Source of the DNA: Octopus vulgaris
Taxonomy: Eukaryota
Assembly (NCBI GenBank): GCA_951406725.2
Contig: OX597816.1
Span: 119,040,001 to 119,104,000 of the forward strand
DNA: 64,000 nt
Reading direction: 5' to 3'
Below, one piece after another: positions 40,721-54,598 of the stretch. Numbering within the stretch: position 1 is the first letter of the stretch; each line of letters begins with the position of its first letter. The notes below the pieces were generated by a model that saw nothing but the letters and a program-made list of their open reading frames with translations, made no database searches and was not told the origin of the DNA. The position numbers were made by a program, and so were the translations under genes.

Positions 40721-41751
40721 ATATTTTGCCAGAAATCTTACTGACATTAATAATGCGTTGGGAGTTTAATTATAATGATTATCGATCTATGAAATAAGAA
40801 ATTTAAATTTGATACGAATTCAGTATTGAATGAGGCATCTTGAAAATTAGCTTATAGACAAAAGGATAGGAATTACTTGGTGCGATAAACACGAGTTAAA
40901 GAGTCGTTTCTAATTATTATTGATTCGACAAAAGTGTCCATTAGAACAATGTTCATAAATAAAAAGAAAAGCAGCGATAAAAGGTTGTGTAGCCAATAAA
41001 ATGGATTCTTTAGAGAAAGACACAATTGAACGCATCGGCCGAGTAGAGCGGGAATAAACAAAAGAGACGAAAATACATCTGGGAAAGTAAAACGAAGCAA
41101 ACTATATAAACTATATAATTTAAATTAAGTTCAAAGGAAATTAAATCACTACAAATTAATTTATAAGAAAAAAATAATAATATTCACAAAATTAAAATAG
41201 ATAAATATTTGCAACTTTAACGTGATAAAATGAGAAAAAGAATCAAACAAAAATAATGATATAATATACAAACAGGGGAAATGGCAAAAATACAGAATGC
41301 AAAGATATTCAATTTCTAATGATAAAATATGTAACGCTATTAAAAAAAAAAGAAAAATATACAAAACAGAGTGATATGACATACCAACATAAACCAAAAA
41401 GAGAATAAAACATATACAGACATATACAAAGATACATGAAATGGTAGAATATATACATAAAAATAGAAACAGGGTTTTAGCTTGAAAAGATAGAAAACAG
41501 GACGATGCCTTATACAAAAGATTACAAAAATCAGGAAAAGAGATACACAAAGACTAAAATAGAAATATATAGTATTGTTAACTGATGTATTTTTAATCAA
41601 GTTAAGATATTTCTAGCATTACTCAGAAAATATTTAACAATTATTCGCTAGTCCTTCATTTGTTTCTCTATATAGATAGAATGTAAAAGAATGACTACCA
41701 CAAGCGGTTGCATTCATATTCATTCTTTCGTTATTAAGTTTCTACTAAAAT

Positions 41752-42277
41752 CATGGAAGTTTGCAAAATGTGTTCCAGGGATCTGCGAAATATAATAAAG
41801 AAAGAAGTACGGCTCTACCCTCTGGAACGAAGATGGGAAAGATATACAGTGATGTACATATCGAAGATCCTGCAGAGCTGACGCCAAATTTTATCATCAA
41901 GAGGCATCCGAACTGGATGCTACTGCACGATGTCAAAGGTCCCAACCCTCCCGTCTAGAATAAGGACCAGGCAGTGCAACATGTTGGTTTTCATGGGCCC
42001 ACAGATGTTTAATATTTTGCCGAAAAACCTCAGGGGTTAGAGTAGATATTTTCAAGAAGAATTTGATCTTCTGATATCCAAGATTCTAGATGAGCCTGTA
42101 TCATGGCAAACTACAATGAGGGCAGCAATATCAAACTTCGTCATTCATCAAAAGCTGATCACATAATAAAATCCATTGAAAAATTATTGAACATGGCGGT
42201 TTCCTAGTATGGTTACATCCTTTGGGCTGGAACATACAAAGGAAGTAAAGGAAATAAATATATAAAAAGTAAAGTTA
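41752..42277 (+). mobile_element. CR1-group LINE 3' fragment flanked by a 36-bp direct duplication
   Basis: LERRWERYTVMYISKILQ resembles the CR1-group C-terminal motif. 41716-41751 is identical to 42278-42313. Confidence 0.75.
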
Positions 42278-42639
42278 ATATTCATTCTTTCGTTATTAAG
42301 TTTCTACTAAAATATACGGTATTTGTTTCAATTAATTTTGATTGAAAATTGGCGTTCAGAACATAAATTAACAAGAAATTTTGATGGATGATTTTAATTT
42401 TAGCTCATTTGATACCAAACCCACCTGAGATGCCCCTGGTTCTATGATACAAATTTCTTGTTTTAAAGTGATCCAAATTAAAACCTTTTATCAGACATGA
42501 ATAAAAACCCCCAAAAGGCTTGAATTAAAAAGCAACCTAAAGCAAGTTGATACAAGAAAATTTATAAACAATAAAACAGGATTGTTGGTGTTCATAGTAA
42601 TCACATAATCTTTTATTATTATATTTTATCTTTTACTTG

Positions 42640-43200
42640 TGACTGCTACAAATGTGTCATGTTCCAGCGGAAGATAAATACAAAACAAAGTGGACGCGTC
42701 CAGGCTCGATCCAGTGGCATATCACTGATTTTGTTCTTGACCTTAGACGCTATGTTCATAATGTGTGTAATGTCTGCGTTATCCAGAGAGCTGAATTTTG
42801 CAATGACCATAGTCTTAATCATACAGAGATGAAGTTTGTTATAAAACTGAAGGTGAGACCCAATAGTATGACCATTCCAAAGAAATTAAATGTGACTCGT
42901 TTAAAGGATGAAGCTATTAAAGAAGAGTTGGTAAAGAGAATGGACGACATTTGAATAGGTTTTTCTAGGTTTGATAGCGAATTTGTTGATTTGATTCTCT
43001 GCATGCCAACAAAAGAACAAATGGCAGAAACTCCTTCCCTTAAAGGAGGTGAAAATCTAAATAGTGGCAAGTCCCCTGCGATGGATAGTCTCTCTGTTGA
43101 GATCTTGAAAAGCGGAAGTGAAAACAAACTTCAGCGTCTAACTTAATGCAAAAGGTTTGGATTGAAGAGAGTGTGCCAAATGATTGGAAAGATATTTTTT
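42640..43200 (+). mobile_element. RTE-like LINE fragment (late APE to pre-RT)
   Basis: KTKWTRPGSIQWHITDFV...NDHSL and GKSPAMDSLSVEILKSG-like motifs, decayed. Confidence 0.7.
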
Positions 43201-43302
43201 TACACAGCCTCATCTGCATCTATATTCATTATGAATTATTTTGTCTATTGCTTCAAGTATATCATTTAATATCTTAGTGAATATAAATTTCTCCCTGAAT
43301 AT

Positions 43303-43625
43303 AGGCAGATGGCTCAGTGGTTAGAGCGTAGGATTCACAATCATGAGGTCGTGAGTTCAGTTCCCGGACCGGGCTGCGTGTTGTGTTCTTGAGCAAGATA
43401 CTTTATTTCGAATTTCTCCAGTTCACTCAGCTGTAGAAATTAGTTGCAACAAATAAGTGCCAAGCCGTATCGGCTTTTGTCTTTCCCTTGGATAACATCA
43501 GTGGTGTGGAGAGTGGAGGCTGGTATGCATGGGCGACTACTGGTCTTCATAAACAACCTTGCCAGAACATGTGCCTCGGAGGATAGATTTCTAGGTGCAA
43601 TCCCATAGTCATTCATGATCGAAGG
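43303..43625 (+). mobile_element. tRNA-derived SINE
   Basis: TGGCTCAGTGGTTAGAGCG...GAGTTCAGTTCCCGG head plus the shared body. Confidence 0.85.
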
Positions 43626-44008
43626 TTTTTACTCCTTTTTTATATTTTTTCATAAAATTTACACTACACAATAAAAATGTTTGACCTACCTATAACTACG
43701 ATTTTCTGTATGTGTGTAAGTCTGTTTCTTTTTTATATTATTACTCTCTACGTCGTTTCTTATCATTCCTGTAGTTTAACTCCAGAGCTTTCGATGACTT
43801 GTAATGAGAATCGAACCGACATATTGTAAGCAGCAATGAATGCTAGATGGTTCTTTAATGAAATATTAAACCAGTCGATTATATCCTCATTTTAAGGTGC
43901 CGAAAATCTTATAGTTTATTACACAGATTGCTTTCAGAGCGAGAAGGAACATGCAAATAATGAATACATATTTATAACTCGCAATAAATTGGTATTTCGT
44001 TTAGTATA

Positions 44009-44077
<69 letters not shown>

Positions 44078-44085
44078 CTGTATGT

Positions 44086-44165
<80 letters not shown>

Positions 44166-44310
44166 CATATATCATATATGTATAACAATACATATATATA
44201 TATGCATACATATATATATATAGACATATATATATATGCATACATATATGCATGCATACGTGCGAGCACGCACGCACGCACATACATTCACGCATACACA
44301 CTCACATACA

Positions 44311-44364
<54 letters not shown>

Positions 44365-44397
44365 CTCTGACACACACGCACACAACTTACTTTATCA

Positions 44398-44570
44398 AAA
44401 TATCTTGTTTTGTCAGTAATAGTTTAAATGATTCAGTATTAGAGAGAGAATGATAACTATCTTATTAAAATACACATGTCACAGTTATGGTTTAAGCATT
44501 AAAGAAAGATTGAGAAGATTTTCCATTATTCTATTACTTTGGATTTTTACAAATGATTAACAGAATTTCG
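44398..44570 (+). repeat. dispersed ~170-bp repeat, copy 1 (copy 2 at 46526-46691)
   Basis: TTGTTTTG(T/A)CAGTAAT(A/T)GTTTAAATGATT...ACAAATGATTA(A/G)CAGAATTTC in both copies. Confidence 0.8.
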
Positions 44571-45304
44571 CTTATAGAAAAAATGTAGTAAAAATGATGA
44601 CAGTTATAAGTTAGTAATTAATGTGTACGTAATATAATGCACATGTAATGTGATAATATGTATACACGAATGTATGTGCATATATCCTTATAGAGTTTTA
44701 ATAAAATATATTTTTAATTGATTTATAAGTGTTGTATACTATTTACCATAAGTTGTCTAACGACAATTTATGGTAAACGACCCGTACTATAGTGCAAATA
44801 TGTTATATCGGACATTATATATATATACACACATGTATATGCATAAATACACACACACACACACATGTATATATATATATATGCATACATACATATATAT
44901 ATATATAAATGGAAAGATAGAGAAAGAGAGATAGACTTTGGCATCAAATCGTGTTCTGGGTCCATTTTGAATTTTCGGGTCAGAAGTGGAATGGATTTGA
45001 TGTACGAATAATCCTATCTACGAGGGCACTATGTGTTAATACACTGAAACATATAATATTGTAATGTTCTAGCATTGATTTCTCCATTCGATGAGAGGTT
45101 AAATATCATTGTACTAACATTGTTAAATTCATAACGATATTAGGAGGATGCTTCACAGATGCCTGGGTGGTGATCATTGGGAGTTTTTTCACTAGCGAAC
45201 AAATTCTGTAGCAGCAGATCCTACGATTGGCTGCCATTGTTTTCGGCTGGTACCATTTGCGTTATTCGTAAACCCCATACTTAAAAATAAATGAAATGCC
45301 ATTA

Positions 45305-45564
45305 TTTCGTTTTTGGATGTGGTTTGCAGGATTCTTTATATGAGTTCGTGTGTTGAAGCATATTCTGTTGTGTCTGGGGAGAGTCATTTTCTTTTTGTGC
45401 CTTATAATGTAACACACTCACCGGTAAAAATTCCACTTATTTCTTATTTTTATTTTCTAAAAATTTTCGGAAAATAAAAATAAGAAATAAGTGGAATTTT
45501 TACCGGTGAGTGTGTTACATTATAAGGCACAAAAAGAAAATGACTCTCCCCAGACACAACAGAA
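45305..45564. mobile_element. fold-back palindromic element with extension and 12-bp flanking direct repeat
   Basis: Perfect 95-bp arms 45363-45457 and 45470-45564, a 12-nt spacer and a 58-bp extension on the left. GAAATGCCATTA at 45293-45304 and 45562-45573. Confidence 0.85.
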
Positions 45565-45869
45565 ATGCCATTAGTTTTACAGATGAACAACATTAATTAT
45601 TGTTATTGCAGAGTGGTCTCTCTTGTCTATTATGCAAGAAGTATTTAATAGATAAAGAATAAATTCTAACTTTGACGTTATATGCATACACACACACGCA
45701 CGCAATCACGAAATCATGCGCGCGCGCACTCACAGACATACTCATATGTATTAAATTGGTGTTTGTTTTTATGTTCAGATAAAATAAAATCAGTTTTAAA
45801 TTAATCTGGTGGGTTACAATACATTTTTGTTGAGTACAAATTTATTATTTTTAAACAAGAGCATTATTG

Positions 45870-46300
45870 ACAGTGACGTCAAAGTTTCAACCTGCTAATC
45901 CGACGAACTTTGTTATTGGTTCACGTGAACCACTAAAAAATAATCCTGTAACCCAAATGAGACACATTCGCAAAAAGCTCGTGAAAAACCCATCCCCATC
46001 ATTAACTGACCAACTAATGCAAAGCAAATTAATAATAACCTCCCACCTACAATTGCAAGAAATACAAAAAAAAAACAACTCAAAAATAGCATAAATAACC
46101 AATGAATAGGCTAAGAAAAACACAACCTAATCAATAATCAACCAATGAACAAAGTCAAACACTAGAAAAACGGATATAAATACGAGTTGTTCACGTCTGA
46201 AGATCGCAGTGGCATGAAACTCGTGTCTCGAGATAAATTTTCAGATTCAGTTTTAATTATAAAAGCCGATACCTTCTACAACATATATTGAGCACTCTTC
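45870..46300 (+). mobile_element. Penelope-like 3' region with degenerate hammerhead core
   Basis: TATAAATA followed by CTGAAGA-tcgcagtggcat-GAAAC-tcgt-GTC (46197-46227). Stems I and II are disrupted. Confidence 0.45.
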
Positions 46301-46732
46301 TCTCATTCGTCTCTCATAAAGTAACATCCACTACATATTTGTGTGGGTGCATGTAAATATATGCAAGCATAAATATGTATGTGTGCGGGTACATACATGC
46401 ACACATGCATATGTATACATACATACATACATACATACATACATACATACATACATACATACAAACACATGTACACACACACACATGCACATACGCACAC
46501 ATATACCTATATATACATACATAAAGATATTTTGTTTTGACAGTAATTGTTTAAATGATTTAGCATTACAGAGAGAATAATAGCCGTCAAATTAAAATAT
46601 AGATGTCATAGTTTGAGTATTAAAGATAGATTTAGAAGATATTGCATATTTATATTATATTGGACTTTCACAAATGATTAGCAGAATTTCATCCATGGAA
46701 AGTAAAGCATCAATCAATCAATCAATCAATCA

Positions 46733-46838
<106 letters not shown>

Positions 46839-46857
46839 ATATCTATCTATCTATCTA

Positions 46858-46903
<46 letters not shown>

Positions 46904-47034
46904 CACATTTGTGTGTGTGTGTGTACATACTCTTGCGCGTTAAGTGTTTTTCTATGTTCTTATGAAATATTGAAAAGAAAGTAATTGTATATAATATACA
47001 TACAGAAACACACGCTCATATACACGCAAACAGA

Positions 47035-47083
<49 letters not shown>

Positions 47084-47299
47084 CACCCAAAAGCACACAC
47101 ACGAATACAGACAAACACGCACACTTGTAAATTCATCTTTACACATAATTACCTATATGTGTGTGTGTTTGCATGGATGTACGCATTTTTGTACTTCTTG
47201 TTGGTTTTGACGTTGGTTATACTTGCTTTATCAGCGGAACTATTTAAATATTGACCTATAGTATAACGATTTATACGAGAAAATGAGACAACGTTAAGA

Positions 47300-48125
47300 G
47301 TGCAGCACATTTGTACTTGTTGGGAAAGCTTTAGCCAAGATTATGCTGGGAAAAATGGGCCAGTCAGCATCATGAACTTTGCACCATACTCCTGTGTACC
47401 TTCCACAGGGATCGAGGTAAGGTAGACATATCCTCTATTGCAAAATAGTTCAAGAAGAAATGCAGGGAAGAACACCAGAGCTTGTCCTTTGCATTTGTGA
47501 ATCTATCAAAAGTTCTTGACCGTCTTTGAACGTCTGTAAGATATTCTCGGAAAGTTTGGTAGCCCACACAAATTCATGAACCTTCTACGACAGTCTTACT
47601 CTCTGATGATGGTCCGAGTTGTTGGAAGATAGAAATTTGATCTTTCGTTGCAATTACAGAAGACAAAATGGTAAAAAGCACTTAAGCCAGTGCATAACCA
47701 TGAACTGACATTTGTACTCTTTACCATTTTCTTCGTCTGGGAGACCATTTTCTTCGTCTGCTGCTCAGAAGAGAAGCGGGAGTCACTATAAACTTTTGAC
47801 TCGGCAAAAGCCTTTTCAATGTCCGACAGCTGCAAACCATCACTTAAGCTCAGATATGAACAAATAATCTAACTACTGCGTATTGGTAACTGTGCTTTGA
47901 CAACTCACTCTCCAGAAGCTCTACGTACCGCCATCTCAGTTATTATTGCAGCTTATAAAAGAAGGACCTACGAATTAAAACCAAGAAATCTCAGTATATT
48001 TGTTAACAGCACACTACACTTGTCGTCTTCTTTACATTTCTTCGTATAGCAGGGACATTTAACCACATCTTCCATTTCAGATACCTAGGCAACATAATTT
48101 TCGATAGTGGACGAGAAGATTCTAA
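47300..48125 (+). mobile_element. RTE-like RT fragments, decayed
   Basis: KKCREEHQSLSFAFVNLSKVLD (cf. EKCRE...AFVDL.KAFD) and FRYLG motifs. Confidence 0.7.
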
Positions 48126-48149
48126 TTTGCCTCAGATAAGCTTAAATCT

Positions 48150-49590
48150 ACTTGGTTTTTGTCTATCTTGGCTTTGATCCAATTAGTCCTTAATGCTTGA
48201 TCTTGTGTAGTTACTAAAAAACTTTCTGTCTCCCTCTTCAATTTTCCTTTTTGCAACTATAACCATGTCTCACTACTATTTGCTGAAACTATCTTTGGGA
48301 ATCTGCCATGCAACTCCTTCTCTTGCCTTCTCCAGTCAGATAATTTCCGTTCTTTTTTCCTGGTTTTTAACTTCGTTTGGATTTTTGGTTTCCTTATGTC
48401 TTGCTGTGACTCCAGCAGCTTTTAATAAACTTTCTTCATTATTACCTACATAGGAGTCTATATCTGCTCTAGCTAATTCCATGCAGTCTTCTACTGATAT
48501 TAATCTTTTCCTACCTTCCTTTCTTGGTAGGTATAATCTTGCCACTCCTGCCTTGGGTGGAGTCCTCCATTCTTACTGAATTCCTTAGTTCTTCTGTCTA
48601 ACTTTGCTAATTCAGTTTTTGTCTAATCTACAAAAACCTGCTGAATATCTAAGTAATGATACTGCCAAAATATTTACAGCCTTCACTAGATTCAGATCAT
48701 TTAACTTTGATTTCATTAGCTTTCTCACCCTTCTGAAATACTCCTTCTCAATTTTCATTTTCATTTCTATAGTAGTACTGTCAGATTCTAATACTAGATA
48801 CTTATAACTCTCTCTTCCTTTCAATGATTTTAATGTATGTCCATCTGGTAATTGGATGCCTTCACTGTTGACTATCGGTCCCATTCTCATAACTAATAGC
48901 GCACATTTATCTATGCCAAATTCCATGCCTATATCTTTGCTGAAGAGTCTTACAATCTGTATTAAGGAATCTATCACTTTTTCATTCTTACTAAAAAGCT
49001 TCAGATCATCCATGTAGAGCAAATAGTTAATTTTTCCATTACTATTTCTGAACTGATACCCTACCTTTACCTTCCTTAATACTAAACTGAGGCGAATCAA
49101 ACACAAGACAAATATATTGGTAGCGTTATTATTATTTCTTCCATTAGGTTCTTCGTTGGTTTGAGCTGTATCTCTTATGTTGTTGTTTGTCTTTCCCACT
49201 GTCTGGTCTTACTTTTCCAGTTCTCTTGTGATCTCTTCTGCCTCCAATTCTGTTATCTACTTTCTTCTAATAGCATTAGGTTGATCAACTAATCTCTGCT
49301 CAATCACTTTAAACAAACCCTTCATCCGTTTTCTATATTCTCCTTTTTTTAGGTTCACTTTCTAAGTAGCACTGTATCACTAACCTGTTTTCTTCGCTGG
49401 TCCACTTCCTCCTCCCCTTCCTTGCCGATGCTGCATTAGAATGACAGCTGTGGTCAGTCTGCATCTTTACTGATCCACTGCCAAGCAAGAGGCTTTCCCT
49501 TAAAGGTCCAGCTTCATTTTCGCTGTTCCAACCAGAGTTCTTCGGAAACTCCTGTCTTTCATAAGCTGAGGTAAGGTAACGTTCGTCGTC
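48150..49590 (-). mobile_element. R4/Dong-like retrotransposon with internal deletion, decayed
   Basis: RRKWTSEENRLVIQCY N-terminus, RT LLYMDDLKLF...IGMEFGIDKC...YKYL, and RLYLPRKEG. Confidence 0.85.
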
Positions 49591-49999
49591 ATCATCATCA
49601 CCACTATTATTTTTCGACATCTGAAAGTTTCAAGCAAGTTTCTATTGCATCATTTGTTGCACTTTTGTGCTGGTGGGGCGGTGTGTGCTGAATTGTTTGT
49701 GGGAGAGTGGGGCGGATATTGTATTGTATCAGTACGTCTTGTTATGCGGTTTTGTTTGAGTCTTCTGTCATAAGTTTTTATATTGTGTGTTGTTTGTGTA
49801 ACGCAGGTTGTGTTCTATGGCACATGTGGGTTTTGTTCATTTTGTTGGGTATTTATATTATAAGTCTATTCTTGCATGTTTTTGGAGGGGTGTTGTATAG
49901 TAGTGTGTGTGTGTGCGTAACTCCTAAATCAACAATTTTATAGTATTTATGATTATCCGTCCGCCGTTCTTTTGCCTAGTTTTGTTATAGGTTCCATTG

Positions 50000-50082
<83 letters not shown>

Positions 50083-50112
50083 CATCATTATTATCATCAT
50101 CATCATCATCAT

Positions 50113-50153
<41 letters not shown>

Positions 50154-50352
50154 CTTTCATTATCATCTTCTTCCAATTCTGTTTACTTTTCTTGCCGAGT
50201 GCCTTCCTAATACCTAGGGCAGAGAAAAGCACTGTATACATTTGTAGGCCATTAAAATAATCACAACAGATTGCTCATTTACAAAGTCATGTGATAGACA
50301 AAAGGGGAAGAAAGACAGAGACAAAAGGGGAAAAATAAAAAAAAATTATTAC

Positions 50353-50412
<60 letters not shown>

Positions 50413-51240
50413 TGTTATTATTATCATTATTATTACTATTATATAAACGTCTTCGATGCGTTTTTACGCCGTTTCAGGAAGTATATAACTTCTCGTTCTG
50501 TTTTTACTTTAATCCTTCGGTTATGTGAAATTATCAAATAAACATAAATTACACAATAAAACACTTTTCTTAGATTAGCAAGATTTTAAATTAATTGCTT
50601 CGCATTCATTAATATTCATTTAGTTTTTTTTTCAATTCTTTTCCATCCTGCTACTGCTGTTGTTTTTACCGTTACTGTTGCTGTGGTAGTTCTTAACCAC
50701 TGTTTATCCAGCTTTCTTTTTCTATATGCGTCTATCTTCATTTATTTCTGTTGGTCTTTCTATTAATGTTTCTCTCTCTCACTTCTCTTTTCGCCTTTCT
50801 CCGTTTTCTCGCGCGATTTGGCATTAATCCGAGATTTGTCTTTCGTTACCGACTTCTTAGTCTGACACTTCAGACTACCGTTTACAGATGGAAGCATTAA
50901 GCAACTCGTTTTTCATTCGTGTCACATGTAAATAATGAAGTAAAGTAAAATGAAATGCATTACATTAGCACAAAATGTCTATTCGCCCGTTTTGTAGAAA
51001 AGAAGAAAAAGGAAAGAAAGATTAAAAATGGAAAGATTTGAATGAAAATTACTTTCAATTGAATATCTATTCAAAAAGAGGAGCTATCACCCTTGGGCCA
51101 CAGTTCATCGCCATTATTGCTGGCTCTGTTCAGATAATTTCTATATTACAGAAATTTTTAGTTTACATATTAGACAAGGCGTTGAAAGCTATAGAAACGA
51201 AAAAGTGTGTAAAACAAATAGATGTTGTTGAAAAAAATTG

Positions 51241-51288
<48 letters not shown>

Positions 51289-52860
51289 TATACACAAACA
51301 CACACACACGCAAACACGTATATATACGAGAAAGAAGTAAAAAATGGCGGCGGTGAAAGTTGCAGTGGAGGCTTAAAGCGAGAAATATTGAGAAATATTT
51401 TTTAAGGAGCAAAGTAGACAAGAGAAACGATAAAGATTGGTGAGAAAGAAGAGGTTTTGAAATGCAAGTGAGGAAAAGAAAATGAAGAAGCAGAAGCAAT
51501 AAAAGAAGAAAAAAGTAAAACAACAAGGATAGCAATAAAAACAGATAAAGTACTATAATGAAAAGAACAAAAAAAAATTGCAAGAACAATGAGCAAGAAT
51601 TAAGTGAGGAGAAATCTGTGATAGGAAGAGAAAGGGAAAAATATTTCTAGAACATGATTAAAACGACGATGGCATAGCATTGAGAAAAGTGGTTGGAAAA
51701 TGTCAGACACGCAACAGTAATTGTTTTACCAATGAATGGTTTAATTCGTTGTTGCTGTTGTTGTTGTTGGTGGTGTTGGTGGTGGTATTGGTGGTGGTGT
51801 GGTGGTGGTGGTGGTGGTGGTGGTGGTGGTGATCGTGACTGTGAGGATTATAGTGGTTGCAGAGGTGGTGGAGAAGGTAATCTTGACGGGGTGTTTGCAG
51901 GCGTCATGATACAGTTGGTAGCAGAGGGTGGTAATGCTGATGGTGGTTGATCGTATTGTGGGGGTTCATTATGAATGTTGTTGTTGCTCAGTTCAGGTCA
52001 GCCTTGATCGAATGGTAGTAATAGTATATGCCATTTTAATCGTTTGATCTGGAAGAAGGGTATGTGCCCTTGACTTTGCAGTTCCTTTTAGACTGGTGAG
52101 CTTTATGTGGTTAATGGTCTTCTTAACCAGCTGTTGGTTACAGAAAATATCTGAGCAGGGAAGGAATTCCAGAAGGTTGATATTTTAAAGAGAAGGGAAT
52201 AGGTGTAGCAGTTAGTATAGTGGATATGAAGGAACATATTTGAACAGGAACACAACAAAGGAACAAACGGAAAATTCACATACAAGATGGGACGTTGCTA
52301 ATTCCTTGTCAGTTATCGCACAAAAGATCCTTACAATTTCACGCCTTTTTCCCCGCTTGTTCCTTTGTTGTGTTTCGGAAACTTCTTACTTTTTACCCAT
52401 GCTGTCGGATATTTTTTGTACGACATATATTTGTCTCTTTCTCTCTCTCCTTTCCCTTCTGTCTCTCCTTCCCTCTCTCGCTTACTTTTTCTCTGGTGCT
52501 TTCTGTCTGTCTGCCCTCCACCAGTTTTCTCTTTTCTTCCACTTCCACGTGACCCATGGTCATTCTCATCTCTGTCTCATCTATTTCGTTTCTTGCCTAA
52601 CTGTAGACTCAATGAGTCACGTTTCTCTCGTCTCCTCTACTTTCAATACTGTTTTTTTTTGCACCGTTCCTTTTTCTCACCTTTCGTTCTGATTTACCAC
52701 ACCGCCATGCCTTCACACACACACACACACATACACATACACACACATACACACACACATACACACACGCACACACGCACACACATAATTTGACAAATTT
52801 CTTTCAGTGTCCAGCTATCACATCCACTCACAAAGCATTCGTCGGTCCCGTGTAATAATA

Positions 52861-54134
52861 ATAGGTTGTCCCGAAAATAATGGCGGCTCTAAATGTGTTT
52901 TGAAACGCAATTTTATCATAGTATTTTAAATATATTTTAGGGGGAATTTCGATAATTGATGTATGCTCTTTAATAATTTTCTACTTATTTCAGACTGGAA
53001 GCATTCTTGAAGTATATGCGTCCTTAATAATGAACATGACAAAAAAAAAGATCTTCGCTTACTTTTCTTGCACGAGTTCAAGCTTGGGCGCAATGCCCCC
53101 AAAACTGCTGCCAATATCAACAGAGCATGGGGAGAGGGGTCCACAAGTGATCGCACAGTACGATGGTGGTATCAGAACTTCCGTAGTGGTGACGAGAGCC
53201 TTGAAGATGAAGAAGGTAGAGGACGGTCATGCTGTTTTGACAATGAACAATTGAAAGCAATTGCTGAACAAAACCCCCGTCAAAGTATCAGACAAATGTC
53301 TTAAGCATTTGGTGTCGGTATTGCAATGGTCTCACGCAATCTGTAGAAGATTGGCAAGGTGAAAAAGCTCGATAAATGGGTACCGCATGAGCTCAATGAA
53401 AATCAAAAAGTTCGGTGTTTTGAGGTGTGCTCGATGCTCTTTCTGCGAAACACCAATGATCCTTTTCTTGACCGAAAATTCATTTGTGACGAAAAGTGGA
53501 TCCTTAATGACAACCGTAAACGATCAGGTCAATGGTTTGATCGTGATGAGTCCCCCAAACATTTCCCAAAGCCAAAGTTGAATCAGTGAGAGATTATAGT
53601 GACTGTCTGATGGTTAGCAATTGGTACTGTCCATTACAGCTTTCTGGAAGCCAACTAGAGAGCATTATGGCAGAGATTTGTTGCAATCAACTCGCTGAAA
53701 TGCATGCTCACTTGCAAAAGATGAGACTTGCATTGGTGAATCAGCGTGGCCCAATTCTGCTCCACGATAATGCAAAGCCACATGTTGCAAGAATGACACT
53801 GCAGGAACTCACATACTTGGGATACGAGACTTTACCACATCCTTCATATTCTCCTGATTTTTCACCCGCTGACTGCCATTTTTATAACACTTAAACACGT
53901 TTTCAAGTGATAAACTTACAGGTCCAAACAAGAGGTGGCATCAGCTTTCAAAGACTACTTAGCAACAAAGCCAATAAGTGTTTTATCAACGAGGCATAAA
54001 TAATCTCGTTGATCGATGGCAGAGATGCATAGAAGTTCACAGCTCATACTTTGACTAATCAAACCATTTCTATTGCTAATTTTTCCCGAATAAAATTGTT
54101 TCTGAAATTGGCCATTATTTTTAGAACAACGTAA
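52861..54134 (+). mobile_element. mariner (DD34D) transposon, full length, inactive
   Basis: Imperfect TIRs (ATAGGTTGTCCCGAAAATAATGGC / GCCATTATTTTTAGAACAACGTAA) with TA at both ends. Transposase motifs WVPHEL, CDEKW, HDNAKPH and YSPDFSPADCH, with stops and frameshifts. Confidence 0.92.
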
Positions 54135-54549
54135 TAGAAGACATCTGCCCAAGGTGTCACGTTGTGAGACCCAATCCGAAATCATATGTTCGCGCCTAGC
54201 TAGGTCTCTCTGTCCTTCTCCTGCTCTTACACACTTTTGGTATTATATATATATATATATATATATACTTGTATAAATACATCATTGTTTGAGACATTAA
54301 AAACTACTGCCATATTTATAATGTATTCCAACTTATATATTTTACATACACTCACAATCACATATAGATGTACAAATTCATATACGTGTGTGTATATTTA
54401 TGTTAGTGTGTATGTATATTATATATATATATATATATGTGTGTAAAAACATATATATATATATGCATATGCATTATTGTCTGTTTTTGTGTTAGTGTAT
54501 GTATATACATATATATGCTTACATACGTTCGTATGTATATGTGTATATA

Positions 54550-54598
<49 letters not shown>

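Noticed and set aside
53068-53894. Domesticated SETMAR-like gene
   Set aside because: It has multiple stops and frameshifts, retains TIRs and has no SET exon, so it is a dead mariner.
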